Translations under genes and position numbers: made by a program
Notes under the pieces: generated by a model
The model's input: only the letters and a program-made list of their open reading frames with translations
Database searches by the model: none
Told to the model about the DNA's origin: nothing
Shown here: positions 1 through 9,003 of the stretch, piece after piece
Position numbering within the stretch: the stretch's first letter is position 1
Layout of the letters: the number at the start of each line of letters is the position of its first letter
Assembly: GCA_018715835.1 (NCBI GenBank)
Contig: DVKV01000094.1
Location: 1-58,198 of the forward strand
DNA length: 58,198 nucleotides
Source of the DNA: Candidatus Faecousia intestinavium
GTDB lineage: Bacteria > Bacillota > Clostridia > Oscillospirales > Oscillospiraceae
Direction: 5' to 3'

Positions 1-27
1 GATTCGGATATGCTATGACCAGGAGGA

Positions 28-474
28 ATGGATATGACGGAAAAGCAATATGGAAAATTGGTGGAACAGGCCTGTCCCAAGTCCCCCATGGCCAAGGACG
101 CACTGAACGCCTTTTGGATCGGCGGCGCCATCTGCACCCTGGGGCAGGTGTTTCAGAATCTGTACGGCTACTGGGGACTGGATGACAAAACGGCATCCCT
201 GTGCGCATCGCTGACCCTGATCTGCCTGTCAGCCCTGCTCACCGGACTGAGTCTATACGATGATATTGCCCGCTACGCCGGGGCGGGAACTTTGGTGCCC
301 ATTACCGGATTCGCCAACTCCATCACCGCCCCGGCGGTGGAATTCAAAACCGAGGGCTTTATTCTGGGAGTAGGCGGCAAGATGTTCACCATTGCCGGGC
401 CGGTGATTGTCTATGGCCTGGCGGCCAGCGCCGCGTACGGGCTGATTTACTGGATATATACAATGTTATCGTAA
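28..474 (+). CDS. spoVAC: Stage V sporulation protein AC
   Basis: 148 aa hydrophobic protein with GAGTLVPITGFANS and GGKMFTIAGPVIVYG motifs; RBS AGGAGG upstream. Confidence 0.93.
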   Translation: MDMTEKQYGKLVEQACPKSPMAKDALNAFWIGGAICTLGQVFQNLYGYWGLDDKTASLCASLTLICLSALLTGLSLYDDIARYAGAGTLVPITGFANSITAPAVEFKTEGFILGVGGKMFTIAGPVIVYGLAASAAYGLIYWIYTMLS

Positions 475-510
475 AACTGCCCCCAGCCGGAATTCCGGCT
501 GGGGGCAGTT
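475..510. terminator. Bidirectional hairpin between convergent spoVAC and ackA
   Basis: Perfect 36-bp palindrome AACTGCCCCCAGCCGG-AATT-CCGGCTGGGGGCAGTT. Confidence 0.75.
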
Positions 511-521
511 GAAAATTTGAA

Positions 522-1712
522 TTACTTGGCTGCGTTGACCAGGGCAGCGGTGTCCTGGGCGATCATCAGCTCTTCGTTGGTGGGAATGACCCACACGGTG
601 ACCTTGGAGTCGTCGGCGGAGATGATGGCTTCCTTACCACGGACGTTGTTCTTCTCGGGGTCCAGCTTCACACCCAGGAACTCCAGACCCTGGCAGATCC
701 GGGTCCGCATGGAAGCGGAGTTCTCGCCCACGCCGGCGGTGAACACCAGGCAGTCCAGTCCACCCAGAGCGGCGGCGTAGGAGCCGATATACTTACGCAC
801 TTCGTAAGCGAACTTGTCCAGGGCCAGAGCGCAGTCCTCGTTGCCGCCCTCGGCGCCTTCCTCGATGTCACGGAAGTCGGAGGACACGCCGCTCAGGGCC
901 AGCACGCCGGACTTCTTGTTCAGCATATTCAGGCACTCGTCGGCGCTCATGCCGTACTTGTTCATCACGAACTGCGCAACAGCGGGGTCCAGGTCGCCGG
1001 AGCGGGTGCCCATGGGCACGCCGGCCAGAGGAGTCAGGCCCATGGAGGTATCCTGGCACTTGCCGTCCTTCACAGCGGACAGGGAGGAGCCGTTGCCCAG
1101 GTGGCAGTTGACCAGCTTGATGTCGGAGCGGCCCATCAACTCAATGGCACGCTTGGTGACATACTTGTGAGAGGTGCCGTGGAAGCCGTAGCGGCGCAGA
1201 GAGTCGTTCTTGTAGTACTCGGTGGGAATGGCGTAGCGGTAAGCCACAGGAGGCATGGTCATGTGGAAGGCGGTATCGAACACAGCCACCTGGGGGGTGG
1301 AGGGCATAACCGCCTGGCAGGCCCGGATGCCCATCAGGTTGGCGGGATTGTGCAGGGGGCCCAGGGGGATGCACTTCTCGATGGCGGCGATGACCTCATC
1401 ATTGATGATGCAGGAGTCATAGAACTCCATGCCGCCGTGCAGGACACGATGGCCCACAGCGTCGATCTCGTCGGTGGATTTGATCACGCCGTCCACGGGA
1501 TCCACCAGGATGGCCAGAACCGCCTGAATGGCCTCGGAGTGGGTGGGCATGGGGATGTCCTTGACAACCTTCTTGCCGTTGGCGTTGTGGGTCAGACGGC
1601 CGTCAATGTAGATCCGCTCGCACAGACCCTTGGCGGACACCACGCCGGTTTCGGGGTCCATCAGCTGATACTTCAGGCTGGAAGAACCGGCGTTGATAAT
1701 CAAAATGTTCAT
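522..1712 (-). CDS. ackA: Acetate kinase
   Basis: INAGSSSLKYQ, GHRVLHGG, PLHNP, RRYGFHGTSH and IPTNEEL motifs; start reassigned to ATG at 1712 behind an AGGAGG RBS. Confidence 0.97.
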   Translation of the reverse strand: MNILIINAGSSSLKYQLMDPETGVVSAKGLCERIYIDGRLTHNANGKKVVKDIPMPTHSEAIQAVLAILVDPVDGVIKSTDEIDAVGHRVLHGGMEFYDSCIINDEVIAAIEKCIPLGPLHNPANLMGIRACQAVMPSTPQVAVFDTAFHMTMPPVAYRYAIPTEYYKNDSLRRYGFHGTSHKYVTKRAIELMGRSDIKLVNCHLGNGSSLSAVKDGKCQDTSMGLTPLAGVPMGTRSGDLDPAVAQFVMNKYGMSADECLNMLNKKSGVLALSGVSSDFRDIEEGAEGGNEDCALALDKFAYEVRKYIGSYAAALGGLDCLVFTAGVGENSASMRTRICQGLEFLGVKLDPEKNNVRGKEAIISADDSKVTVWVIPTNEELMIAQDTAALVNAAK

Positions 1713-1849
1713 TGGGGGATGCCTCCTAAAATAAATATTTTCATTTTGGGGAAACCATGGTATGATAGCCATATCTAAAGACATTATAGAGTATTTTTTC
1801 TCATTTCTCAACCCCTAAGAAGAAAATATTTGGCTGGGGAGGCAATAAC

Positions 1850-3007
1850 TTGAAAATTGTCGGGATTGTCTGTGAATATAACCCTTTTCATATGGGCCAC
1901 CGGAAGCAGTTTTCCTTGGTGCGCCAGGCCTTCGGGCCGGAAACCGCCATTGTCTGCGTCATGAGCGGGAATTTTGTTCAGCGGGGCGCCCCTGCCATCC
2001 TGGACAAAAGCCTGCGGGCGGAAGCGGCAGTGGCCTGCGGGGCGGACCTGGTGGTGGAGCTGCCGGTGACGGTGAGCCTGTCCTCGGCGGAAGGGTTTGC
2101 TGCCGGCGGGGTGCGGATTCTGGACCGGCTGTGCGATACCCTGTGCTTTGGCACGGAAACGGCCCAGGGGGAGAATCTGATGGAGACGGCCCGGGCGCTG
2201 TGCCACCCGGCATTTTCGTCTCTGCTCCGGGAGGAACTGGACCGGGGAATCTCTTTCCCGGCGGCCCGGCAGAAGGCCTTGGAGCGGATGGGGGTGTCCC
2301 CGGAGCTGCTCTCCCGGCCCAACGATATTCTGGGGGTGGAGTACTGCAAGGCCATTGTGACCCAGAAGGCAAAGCTGGATCTCTTTCCCATTCACCGGGA
2401 GGGGGACTACCACGCCCGGGAGGCAGAGCGGGAAAATCCCTCTGCCACGGCGGTGCGGGAGAGAATGGTGTCCGGCCGGCCCTGGAAGGATTTTGTGCCG
2501 GAACAGGCCCGGGAGATTCTGGAGAGCGGAACGCTGCACACGATGCAGGCGGGAGAACGGGCGGTGCTGGCAAGGCTTCGCACCATGACCGATGAAGAAT
2601 TTGAGGCACTGCCCTATGGCAGCGAGGGACTGTGGCGGAAGCTGATGCACGCCGCCCGGAGTCAGGCTGCCTTGGAGCAGGTGGTGCAGTCTGCCAAATC
2701 CAAGCGCTATACCCGCACCCGGCTGGACCGGATGGTGATGTGCGCCTTTTTGGGAATTAACCGTCAGACGTTGGAAACCCCACCGGCCTATGTTCGGATT
2801 CTGGCTTTCAATGACCGCGGACGGCAGATTCTCAAAGGGGTGAAGCAGAGCGGCTTTTTCTGCAACATTGGGGAGCGCCGGGAAGAACCGGATTTTCTCC
2901 CGGAACAGCGGTCTGAGAACCTGTACGGACTGTTCTCCCTGGGAACGCCGGAAGCCCCGGGAAAAGTCCTGCGCCGCCGGGTGCGCTACCTTCCGGGGCG
3001 CCCTTGA
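1850..3007 (+). CDS. tmcAL: tRNA(Met) cytidine acetate ligase (HIGH nucleotidyltransferase, YlbM family)
   Basis: EYNPFHMGH, MSGNFVQRG, PNDILGVEY, SATAVR and KRYTRTRL motifs; TTG start; divergent from ackA. Confidence 0.88.
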   Translation: MKIVGIVCEYNPFHMGHRKQFSLVRQAFGPETAIVCVMSGNFVQRGAPAILDKSLRAEAAVACGADLVVELPVTVSLSSAEGFAAGGVRILDRLCDTLCFGTETAQGENLMETARALCHPAFSSLLREELDRGISFPAARQKALERMGVSPELLSRPNDILGVEYCKAIVTQKAKLDLFPIHREGDYHAREAERENPSATAVRERMVSGRPWKDFVPEQAREILESGTLHTMQAGERAVLARLRTMTDEEFEALPYGSEGLWRKLMHAARSQAALEQVVQSAKSKRYTRTRLDRMVMCAFLGINRQTLETPPAYVRILAFNDRGRQILKGVKQSGFFCNIGERREEPDFLPEQRSENLYGLFSLGTPEAPGKVLRRRVRYLPGRP

Positions 3008-3095
3008 CGAAACAGCGGCCTTATGATATGATGGCGGAGCAGACGACATCTACCATATTTATAGTGTAGATTCTGAAAGGAGAGTTGCATAGTTC

Positions 3096-3749
3096 ATGTC
3101 GTTTTCCCTGCCTAAGTTAAAGATTGGAAATTGCGTGGCCGCGTTCCTGGCCTCCGGCGTGCAGGCGTTCGGGATGTATAACATCCACGCCCTGTCCGGG
3201 GTGACGGAGGGCGGCGTGTTTGGCGTGGTGCTGCTGCTGAACCACTGGCTTCACCTGTCGCCGGCGGTGTCCAGCTTCGTACTGAACGCCGCCTGTTATG
3301 CCTTGGGCTGGCGAACCATGGGAAAGACCTTCATCGGCTATTCCCTGATCGCCTCCTGCGGGTATTCCGTGACCTACGGAATCTGCGAACAGTTCCCGCC
3401 CCTGTGGCCTGAAATTGCGTCCATGCCGCTGCTGGCATCCATTGCCGGGGCACTGTTCATTGGCCTGGGAGCAGGAATCTGCGTCCGGGCGGGAGGAGCT
3501 ACCAGCGGAGACGACGCCCTGTCCATGAGCCTGGCCTATCTGACAAAAAAGCCCATTGAGCGGTTCTATCTGATCTTTGACCTGGTGGTTCTGACCCTTT
3601 CGCTGAGCTACATTCCCCTGAGGCGAATCGGCTATTCTCTGCTGACGGTGGCCCTGTCGGGTCAGCTCATCGGATTGGTTCAGAAAATACCGGAAAAGAA
3701 GGAAAAATCCCGGGACTTTTCCGCCAAAACCCAGGGGGAAAAGGCATGA
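3096..3749 (+). CDS. YitT family membrane protein
   Basis: Multiple TM helices with EGGVFG and GGATSGDD motifs; no C-terminal soluble domain. Confidence 0.8.
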   Translation: MSFSLPKLKIGNCVAAFLASGVQAFGMYNIHALSGVTEGGVFGVVLLLNHWLHLSPAVSSFVLNAACYALGWRTMGKTFIGYSLIASCGYSVTYGICEQFPPLWPEIASMPLLASIAGALFIGLGAGICVRAGGATSGDDALSMSLAYLTKKPIERFYLIFDLVVLTLSLSYIPLRRIGYSLLTVALSGQLIGLVQKIPEKKEKSRDFSAKTQGEKA

Positions 3750-3855
3750 AGAATTGTGAATAATGTTTGTTGACTTTTAACAAAAATGGTGCTACTATCT
3801 TGTGCAATTCGAATACGATTCAGTGCAAGGAGGAGTACCTGTGTCGGAGGGTTCT

Positions 3856-5241
3856 ATGAAGGATATGACCACCGGTTCGCCTATGCGGCTGGTGCTGTCG
3901 TTTATGCTTCCGCTGCTGCTGGGCATGGTGTTTCAGCAGTTTTATAACATGGTGGATACGGTGGTTGTGGGCAAATTCCTGGGGGTCAAGGCCCTGGCAG
4001 GGGTAGGCTCCACCGGTTCCATCAACTTTTTGGTGCTGGGGCTGTGCAACGGCATCTGCGCCGGCTTCGCCATTCCCGTGGCTCAGAAGTTCGGCCAGCG
4101 GGATTTTGACGGCCTGCGGAAATTTGTGGGCAATATGATCTGGCTGAGCGTGTTCTTCGCAGCGGCCATTACCCTGGTGACCACGGTGCTGTGCCGGCAG
4201 TTCCTGGTGTGGATGAATACACCGGAGGATACCTTCTCCTACGCTTATGACTATATCTTCCTGATTTTCCTGGGCATTCCCGCCACCATGCTCTACAACC
4301 TGCTGTCCGGCATCCTCCGCTCTCTGGGGGATTCCCGAACCCCGCTGTACTTCCTGGTTTTCTCCAGCCTGCTGAACGTGGTGCTGGATGTGGTGTTCAT
4401 CCTGTCTTTCCATATGGGCGTTGCCGGCGCCGGATGGGCCACGCTGCTCAGCCAGCTGATTTCGGGACTGCTTTGTCTGGGCTATATGGCAAAATATTTT
4501 CCCATTCTCCGGCTGAAGCGGGAGGATCTGAAGCTGGACTGGAGCTACTCCAGCCGCTTGCTGATGATGGGACTGCCCATGGGAATGCAGTATTCCATTA
4601 CCGCCATGGGCAGCATCCTGCTGCAAACCGCGGTGAACACCCTGGGTGCCAGCGCCATGGCGGCCATGACCGCCGGCAGCAAAGTCAGCAACTTTGCGGT
4701 ATGTCCCTTTGATGCCATCGGTTCCACAGCGGCAACCTTTGCCGGACAGAATATCGGCGCAGCGAAGCCGGAGCGGGTGCATCAGGGCGTCCGGGCAGCT
4801 TCCGTCATTGGTATTGTGTACTCCATTGCGATTTTTGGGGTGCTGACCCTGTTCGGCGGGAACCTGACCACCCTGTTCCTGGACAAAGGGGAGGACACTG
4901 CGGCTGTGGAGTCCATTATCCAGCTCAGCCGTCAGTTCCTGATTATCAATGCACTGTTCTACATCCCGCTGCTGTATGTGAATCTGCTGCGGTTCACCAT
5001 CCAGGGCCTGGGCTTCTCCAATCTGGCGGTGGGCGCCGGTGTGTTTGAGATGGTGGCCCGGGGTGTATTTGGGCTGTGCCTGGTGCCTTTCTTCGGATTC
5101 GCGGCGGTTTGTTTTGCCAATCCGGCAGCCTGGGTGATGGCGGATGTGTTCCTGTTCCCGGCTTACTACGCCTGCCTGAAAAAACGGGGATATGAACCCC
5201 GGAGCGTGAAAAAACACGTTCCCCGCTGCGTCCAGCCCTAA
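3856..5241 (+). CDS. MATE family efflux transporter
   Basis: DMTTGSP, QQFYNMVDT, GDSRTPL, NVVLD and GVAGAGWAT motifs; about 12 TM helices; start at ATG 3856 behind GGAGG. Confidence 0.92.
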   Translation: MKDMTTGSPMRLVLSFMLPLLLGMVFQQFYNMVDTVVVGKFLGVKALAGVGSTGSINFLVLGLCNGICAGFAIPVAQKFGQRDFDGLRKFVGNMIWLSVFFAAAITLVTTVLCRQFLVWMNTPEDTFSYAYDYIFLIFLGIPATMLYNLLSGILRSLGDSRTPLYFLVFSSLLNVVLDVVFILSFHMGVAGAGWATLLSQLISGLLCLGYMAKYFPILRLKREDLKLDWSYSSRLLMMGLPMGMQYSITAMGSILLQTAVNTLGASAMAAMTAGSKVSNFAVCPFDAIGSTAATFAGQNIGAAKPERVHQGVRAASVIGIVYSIAIFGVLTLFGGNLTTLFLDKGEDTAAVESIIQLSRQFLIINALFYIPLLYVNLLRFTIQGLGFSNLAVGAGVFEMVARGVFGLCLVPFFGFAAVCFANPAAWVMADVFLFPAYYACLKKRGYEPRSVKKHVPRCVQP

Positions 5242-5246
5242 AACCA

Positions 5247-5280
5247 AAATCCCTTCTTCCACCAAAGGAAGAAGGGATTT
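5247..5280 (+). terminator. Intrinsic terminator
   Basis: AAATCCCTTCTTCC / GGAAGAAGGGATTT hairpin after the MATE stop. Confidence 0.65.
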
Positions 5281-5443
5281 CTCAGGTTATACAGGTGATT
5301 TTGGAATAGTGAACAAAATAACCCGTTATTTTTTTACAAGTCATCTGAACCAATTGTGCCGATACTCTTGCGCCGGGGGGAAATGTCCGATATAATGATG
5401 ATGATGTCCCAAGCGGGCCTGAAACACAAAGGAGAAGTGAATT

Positions 5444-6973
5444 ATGGCTGAATTTGTTAAGTTGAACCCTTCGGAGCTGAAGGCTCTGCGGGAAGGAAAC
5501 CCTCTGCTGATGAGCTACAACGTGGAATTCGCGGAGGTGACCGGAGGTACCTTCTGGAAAGCCTACACCCCTGGCCAGATCGCCGGAACGGAGCCGTTCC
5601 ATGTGGAGCCCTCCAAGGACGGCATTGCCGCCATGTACAAGGATCTGATGCAGGTCTACCCGCCCATCGACCTGTATAACGAAAAGCTGCGCAAGCTGAC
5701 CCGGGATCTGGGCACCGCCTGGATGCGGGTGTCCGGCACCTGGGCCACCAAGACCTACTATGACTTTGACGGGGAATATGCCGACGGCACCGTGCCGGAG
5801 GGTTACCTGAACGTGCTGACCAAGAAGCAGTGGATCGGCGTGCTGGACTTCGTGAAGGCCTGCGGTCTGAAGCTGAAGGTATCTGTTGCCAACTGCCCCG
5901 GCCTGCACAGCGCCGAGGAGCCCTGGCCCTCCACCGAGGCGGAGAAGCTGTTCCGGTTCTCCAAGGAGTACGGCGTACCCATTGAGGCGGCGGAGTTTGC
6001 CAACGAGCCCAACATGCTGGAAGACACCGGCTTCCCCAAGGGCTACACCGCGGAGCACTACCGCCGGGATGCGGACTTGTTTGCTGCCTGGCTGAAGGAA
6101 AACTATCCGGAATGCCTGTATGTCGGTCCTTCCTCCACCGGCGGTGATAACGTACGCTTTGGAAAAATGGGCAAAGACGGCGGCGGCGTGGAGCAGATTG
6201 CCCGGAAAACCGTGGGCTGCGACGATCTGCTGGGCGGCACCAAGGTGCCGGTGGATGTATTCAGCTACCACTACTACAACGGCGTGTCCGACCGCTTGGC
6301 GTCTGTGATGCCCTCCGGCCACTGGGACGCCAGCGAGGCCAACAGCGAGGAATATTTGATGACGGCTTTGAACTTCTGCCGTACTTACATTCCCTTCCGG
6401 GATAAGTACTGCCCCAGCGGTGAGATGTGGGTCACCGAGTCCGGCGATGCCGGCGGCGGCGGAGACAGCTGGGCCTCCACTTACCTGGATGTGCTGCGTA
6501 CCCTGAACGAGCTGGGCGGTTTTGCCTCCCTGACCAGCGGCGTGATTTTCCACAATACCCTGGCGGCTTCGGACTACGGCTTCCTGGAGCGGATTGTGTT
6601 CAATCCCCGGCCCAACTATTTTGCCGTGCTGCTGTGGCAGCGGCTGATGGGCACCACGGTTTATGATTCCGGCGAACCTATCCGGGAGGGGGCCCACGTG
6701 TATGTCCACTCCCGCAAGGATGGCAAGGACGGCAAGGTCTACCTGATCATTAACAACTCCGAAACCCAGGCCACCACAGTGGAACTGCCCGGTCCGGCCA
6801 CGGTCTACAGCCTGAACGGCAAGAACGGGGACAAGCGGGCAACCGTGATGACCCTGAACGGACGGGATCTGGTGCTGGGAGAGAACTGGGAGCTGCCTGA
6901 TCTCAGCGGCGAGGAAGTTTCCGGCGGCAAGCTGGAACTGGCGCCCATGAGCTGCACCTTCCTGGTGGTGTAA
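5444..6973 (+). CDS. Glycoside hydrolase family 79-like (beta-glucuronidase/heparanase clan A), cytoplasmic
   Basis: RVSGT, FANEP (acid/base), SYHYY, WVTESG (nucleophile) and PRPNY motifs; no signal peptide. Confidence 0.75.
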   Translation: MAEFVKLNPSELKALREGNPLLMSYNVEFAEVTGGTFWKAYTPGQIAGTEPFHVEPSKDGIAAMYKDLMQVYPPIDLYNEKLRKLTRDLGTAWMRVSGTWATKTYYDFDGEYADGTVPEGYLNVLTKKQWIGVLDFVKACGLKLKVSVANCPGLHSAEEPWPSTEAEKLFRFSKEYGVPIEAAEFANEPNMLEDTGFPKGYTAEHYRRDADLFAAWLKENYPECLYVGPSSTGGDNVRFGKMGKDGGGVEQIARKTVGCDDLLGGTKVPVDVFSYHYYNGVSDRLASVMPSGHWDASEANSEEYLMTALNFCRTYIPFRDKYCPSGEMWVTESGDAGGGGDSWASTYLDVLRTLNELGGFASLTSGVIFHNTLAASDYGFLERIVFNPRPNYFAVLLWQRLMGTTVYDSGEPIREGAHVYVHSRKDGKDGKVYLIINNSETQATTVELPGPATVYSLNGKNGDKRATVMTLNGRDLVLGENWELPDLSGEEVSGGKLELAPMSCTFLVV

Positions 6974-6985
6974 TACTGACGCCCG

Positions 6986-7013
6986 AAGCCCCCGGCTGGA
7001 AAGCCGGGGGCTT
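6986..7013. terminator. Hairpin terminator; MITE copy 1 sits at its foot
   Basis: AAGCCCCCGGCT-GGAA-AGCCGGGGGCTT. Confidence 0.7.
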
Positions 7014-7258
7014 AGACTGTCGAAAACCCCGAAAGGGGTTTTCGACAAGTTTTTGCAGCCTGCTGCGCGCATAATTTGTCCCCCGACGGGGGACAAATTC
7101 CACACTTGCAGCCTGAGAAATGTTTTCTGCCAAGTACAGAAGGTGAATTGCCCCGCAGGGGCAAGAGAGGCCACCCTGGGGTGTGCCCCGGCGGAACATC
7201 GTTTTGAAATTTCTCTGCTCTCAATGGTGTAGAAGAAGCGTCACTTTTGACACGCTGA
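7013..7258 (+). mobile_element. Non-autonomous miniature inverted-repeat element (MITE) copy 1, probably IS1182-family derived
   Basis: Homologous to 51127-51326 (inverted) and 58128-58198; imperfect terminal IRs (TAGACTGTCGAAAA / TTTTGACACGCTGA); several internal hairpins; no transposase. Confidence 0.75.
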
Positions 7259-7262
7259 AATA

Positions 7263-7769
7263 TTACACCTTGATGATACGGCCTTCCTGCCGGGGCTTGG
7301 GGGCGGGGTCCTCGTCAGCATAGCCCAGGATGCAGTTGCCCACACCCTTCATGTCCTCGGGCAGCCCCCATTTTTTCAGCAGCTGCTTGCCTTCGGGGCT
7401 GTCAAACATCTCCCGGGCCCGGTGAATCCAGCAGCTGCCCAGTCCCTGGGCCTTGGCTGCCAGCAGCAGCTGACCCATAACCAGGGAACCGTCTTCCAGC
7501 CAGGTGTACCGCTCCGGGCTGGACAGCACCACGATGACACAGGGTGCGCCGTAGAACGGGTCGCCGCTGCTGCCCATGACCTGGGCATTCATCCTGGAGA
7601 GCTGGTCCCGTGTCTCCTTGTCCCGGACGGCAACCATCACCGTCTTCTGGGCATTCATGCCGCTGGGTGCGTAAAGGCCGGCCTCCAGCACCGCATCCAG
7701 GTCGGCATCACTGACCTGCCGGTCCTGATACTTCCGGATGCTTCTGCGTTTTTTCAACAATTCATCCAT
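7263..7769 (-). CDS. Nitroreductase family protein
   Basis: RRSIRKY, APSGMN, PFYGAP and GLGSCWI motifs; start at ATG 7769 behind an AGGAGG RBS. Confidence 0.92.
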   Translation of the reverse strand: MDELLKKRRSIRKYQDRQVSDADLDAVLEAGLYAPSGMNAQKTVMVAVRDKETRDQLSRMNAQVMGSSGDPFYGAPCVIVVLSSPERYTWLEDGSLVMGQLLLAAKAQGLGSCWIHRAREMFDSPEGKQLLKKWGLPEDMKGVGNCILGYADEDPAPKPRQEGRIIKV

Positions 7770-7794
7770 GTTTTCTTCCTCCTGACTGTAATTT

Positions 7795-8943
7795 TTATTC
7801 CAGCGCATCCCGCGCGGCTTGGATCTGAGGGTCTTCCTGGGGGTCCAGCCGGTTGTAGTAGATTTCCAGGGCGGTGTCCTCGTCCACCTCCACTTCCACA
7901 TCCGGGGTGACGCCCACGTCAATCAAGCTGATCCCGTTGGGCGTGAAATACTTTCCGATGGACAGCGCCACCGCCGAGCCATCCTCCAGCTGATAGGTCA
8001 CCTGGAAATATCCCTTGCCGCAGGTCTGAGTGCCTACCACAATGGCGGCATCATACTCCTGCAGCGCCGCGGCGAAGAACTCCGCTGCCGAATAGGAATC
8101 CCCATTCACCAGCACCGCCATGGGTACGTCCAGGTATTCTGCATCCGACCGGTCCACGTGTTCCTGACCGTCATAACGCTCCGTGCGGAACAAATCCCCC
8201 TCGGGAAGCAGGTAGTCCAGCACCTTCACCAGTTCATCGGAATAGCCGCCGGGATTGTTCCGCACGTCGAAGATCAGCTTCTGGGCCCCCTGGGCCAGCA
8301 GGTCCTCGATGGCGGCGATGGTCTCGTCGGCACACCGGGAATCAAAGTTGGAGATGGTCACAAGGCCCGTGGTATCGTCCAGCATCCGGCCCACTGCCAC
8401 CGCTGTTTCAATCTGACGCCGTTCCACGGAAAGGGTCAGCTCTTCCCCACCCCGGAGAACCGTCAGGGAGACGAAGGTTCCCTCCTCCCCCCGGACCAGG
8501 TTCCGGACCTGTTCGCTGTCCGCCTGGGTCACATCCTCCCCTTCCACCGCGATCAGCACGTCATCGGCCTGGATGCCAGCCTCTTCGGCAGGGCTGTTGG
8601 GGGTGACCTCCATGATCTGGAAGCCCGTCTGGTCTTCCGAAGCCAGAATCGTGATGCCCACGCCCACATAGGCGTTGGCCATCTGTTCCTGGTAGGTTTC
8701 ATATTCATCGGCGGGGATATAGTAGCTCCACCGGTCCCCGGTGGCCGCCACCATGGCTGCCGCCGCCGCGTCCTCCAGCTCCGTCTGGTCCGCACCGGCG
8801 ATGAACCGCTCCAGGATCAGATCTTCCAGCTGGGCCAGCTTGGAAGAGCCCGCCGCAATTCCCCCGGTGGAAGCCAGGGTCAGCACTGATGCCAGCACCG
8901 CTACCAGCACATAGGAGCCAAAGGTCAGCAATTTCTTTTTCAC
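7795..8943 (-). CDS. S41 family C-terminal processing protease with PDZ domain (CtpA/CtpB-like)
   Basis: Signal peptide, GVGI PDZ entry, DVRNNPGG, SYSAAE (catalytic Ser), GKG (catalytic Lys) and GVTPD; GTG start at 8943. Confidence 0.9.
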   Translation of the reverse strand: MKKKLLTFGSYVLVAVLASVLTLASTGGIAAGSSKLAQLEDLILERFIAGADQTELEDAAAAAMVAATGDRWSYYIPADEYETYQEQMANAYVGVGITILASEDQTGFQIMEVTPNSPAEEAGIQADDVLIAVEGEDVTQADSEQVRNLVRGEEGTFVSLTVLRGGEELTLSVERRQIETAVAVGRMLDDTTGLVTISNFDSRCADETIAAIEDLLAQGAQKLIFDVRNNPGGYSDELVKVLDYLLPEGDLFRTERYDGQEHVDRSDAEYLDVPMAVLVNGDSYSAAEFFAAALQEYDAAIVVGTQTCGKGYFQVTYQLEDGSAVALSIGKYFTPNGISLIDVGVTPDVEVEVDEDTALEIYYNRLDPQEDPQIQAARDALE

Positions 8944-8966
8944 GCATACCACCTCAATAGCAGGAT

Positions 8967-8999
8967 TCCCACAGCCCCGGAGGGCTGTGGGAGAAAAAA
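8967..8999 (-). terminator. Intrinsic terminator/attenuator between the M23 gene and the S41 gene
   Basis: TCCCACAGCCC / GGGCTGTGGGA hairpin; the flanking A-run lies 5' of the stem on the minus strand, so termination may be weak. Confidence 0.45.
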
Positions 9000-9003
9000 C
9001 CGA

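Noticed and set aside
522-3007. Divergent ackA/tmcAL pairing as a novel acetate link
   Set aside because: A common clostridial gene arrangement, and TmcAL use of acetate is already established.
6903-7224. Short ORFs across MITE copies (6903-7199, 7012-7224, 51114-51524, 51178-51462)
   Set aside because: Translations of the non-coding repeat; frames differ between copies and show no transposase motifs.
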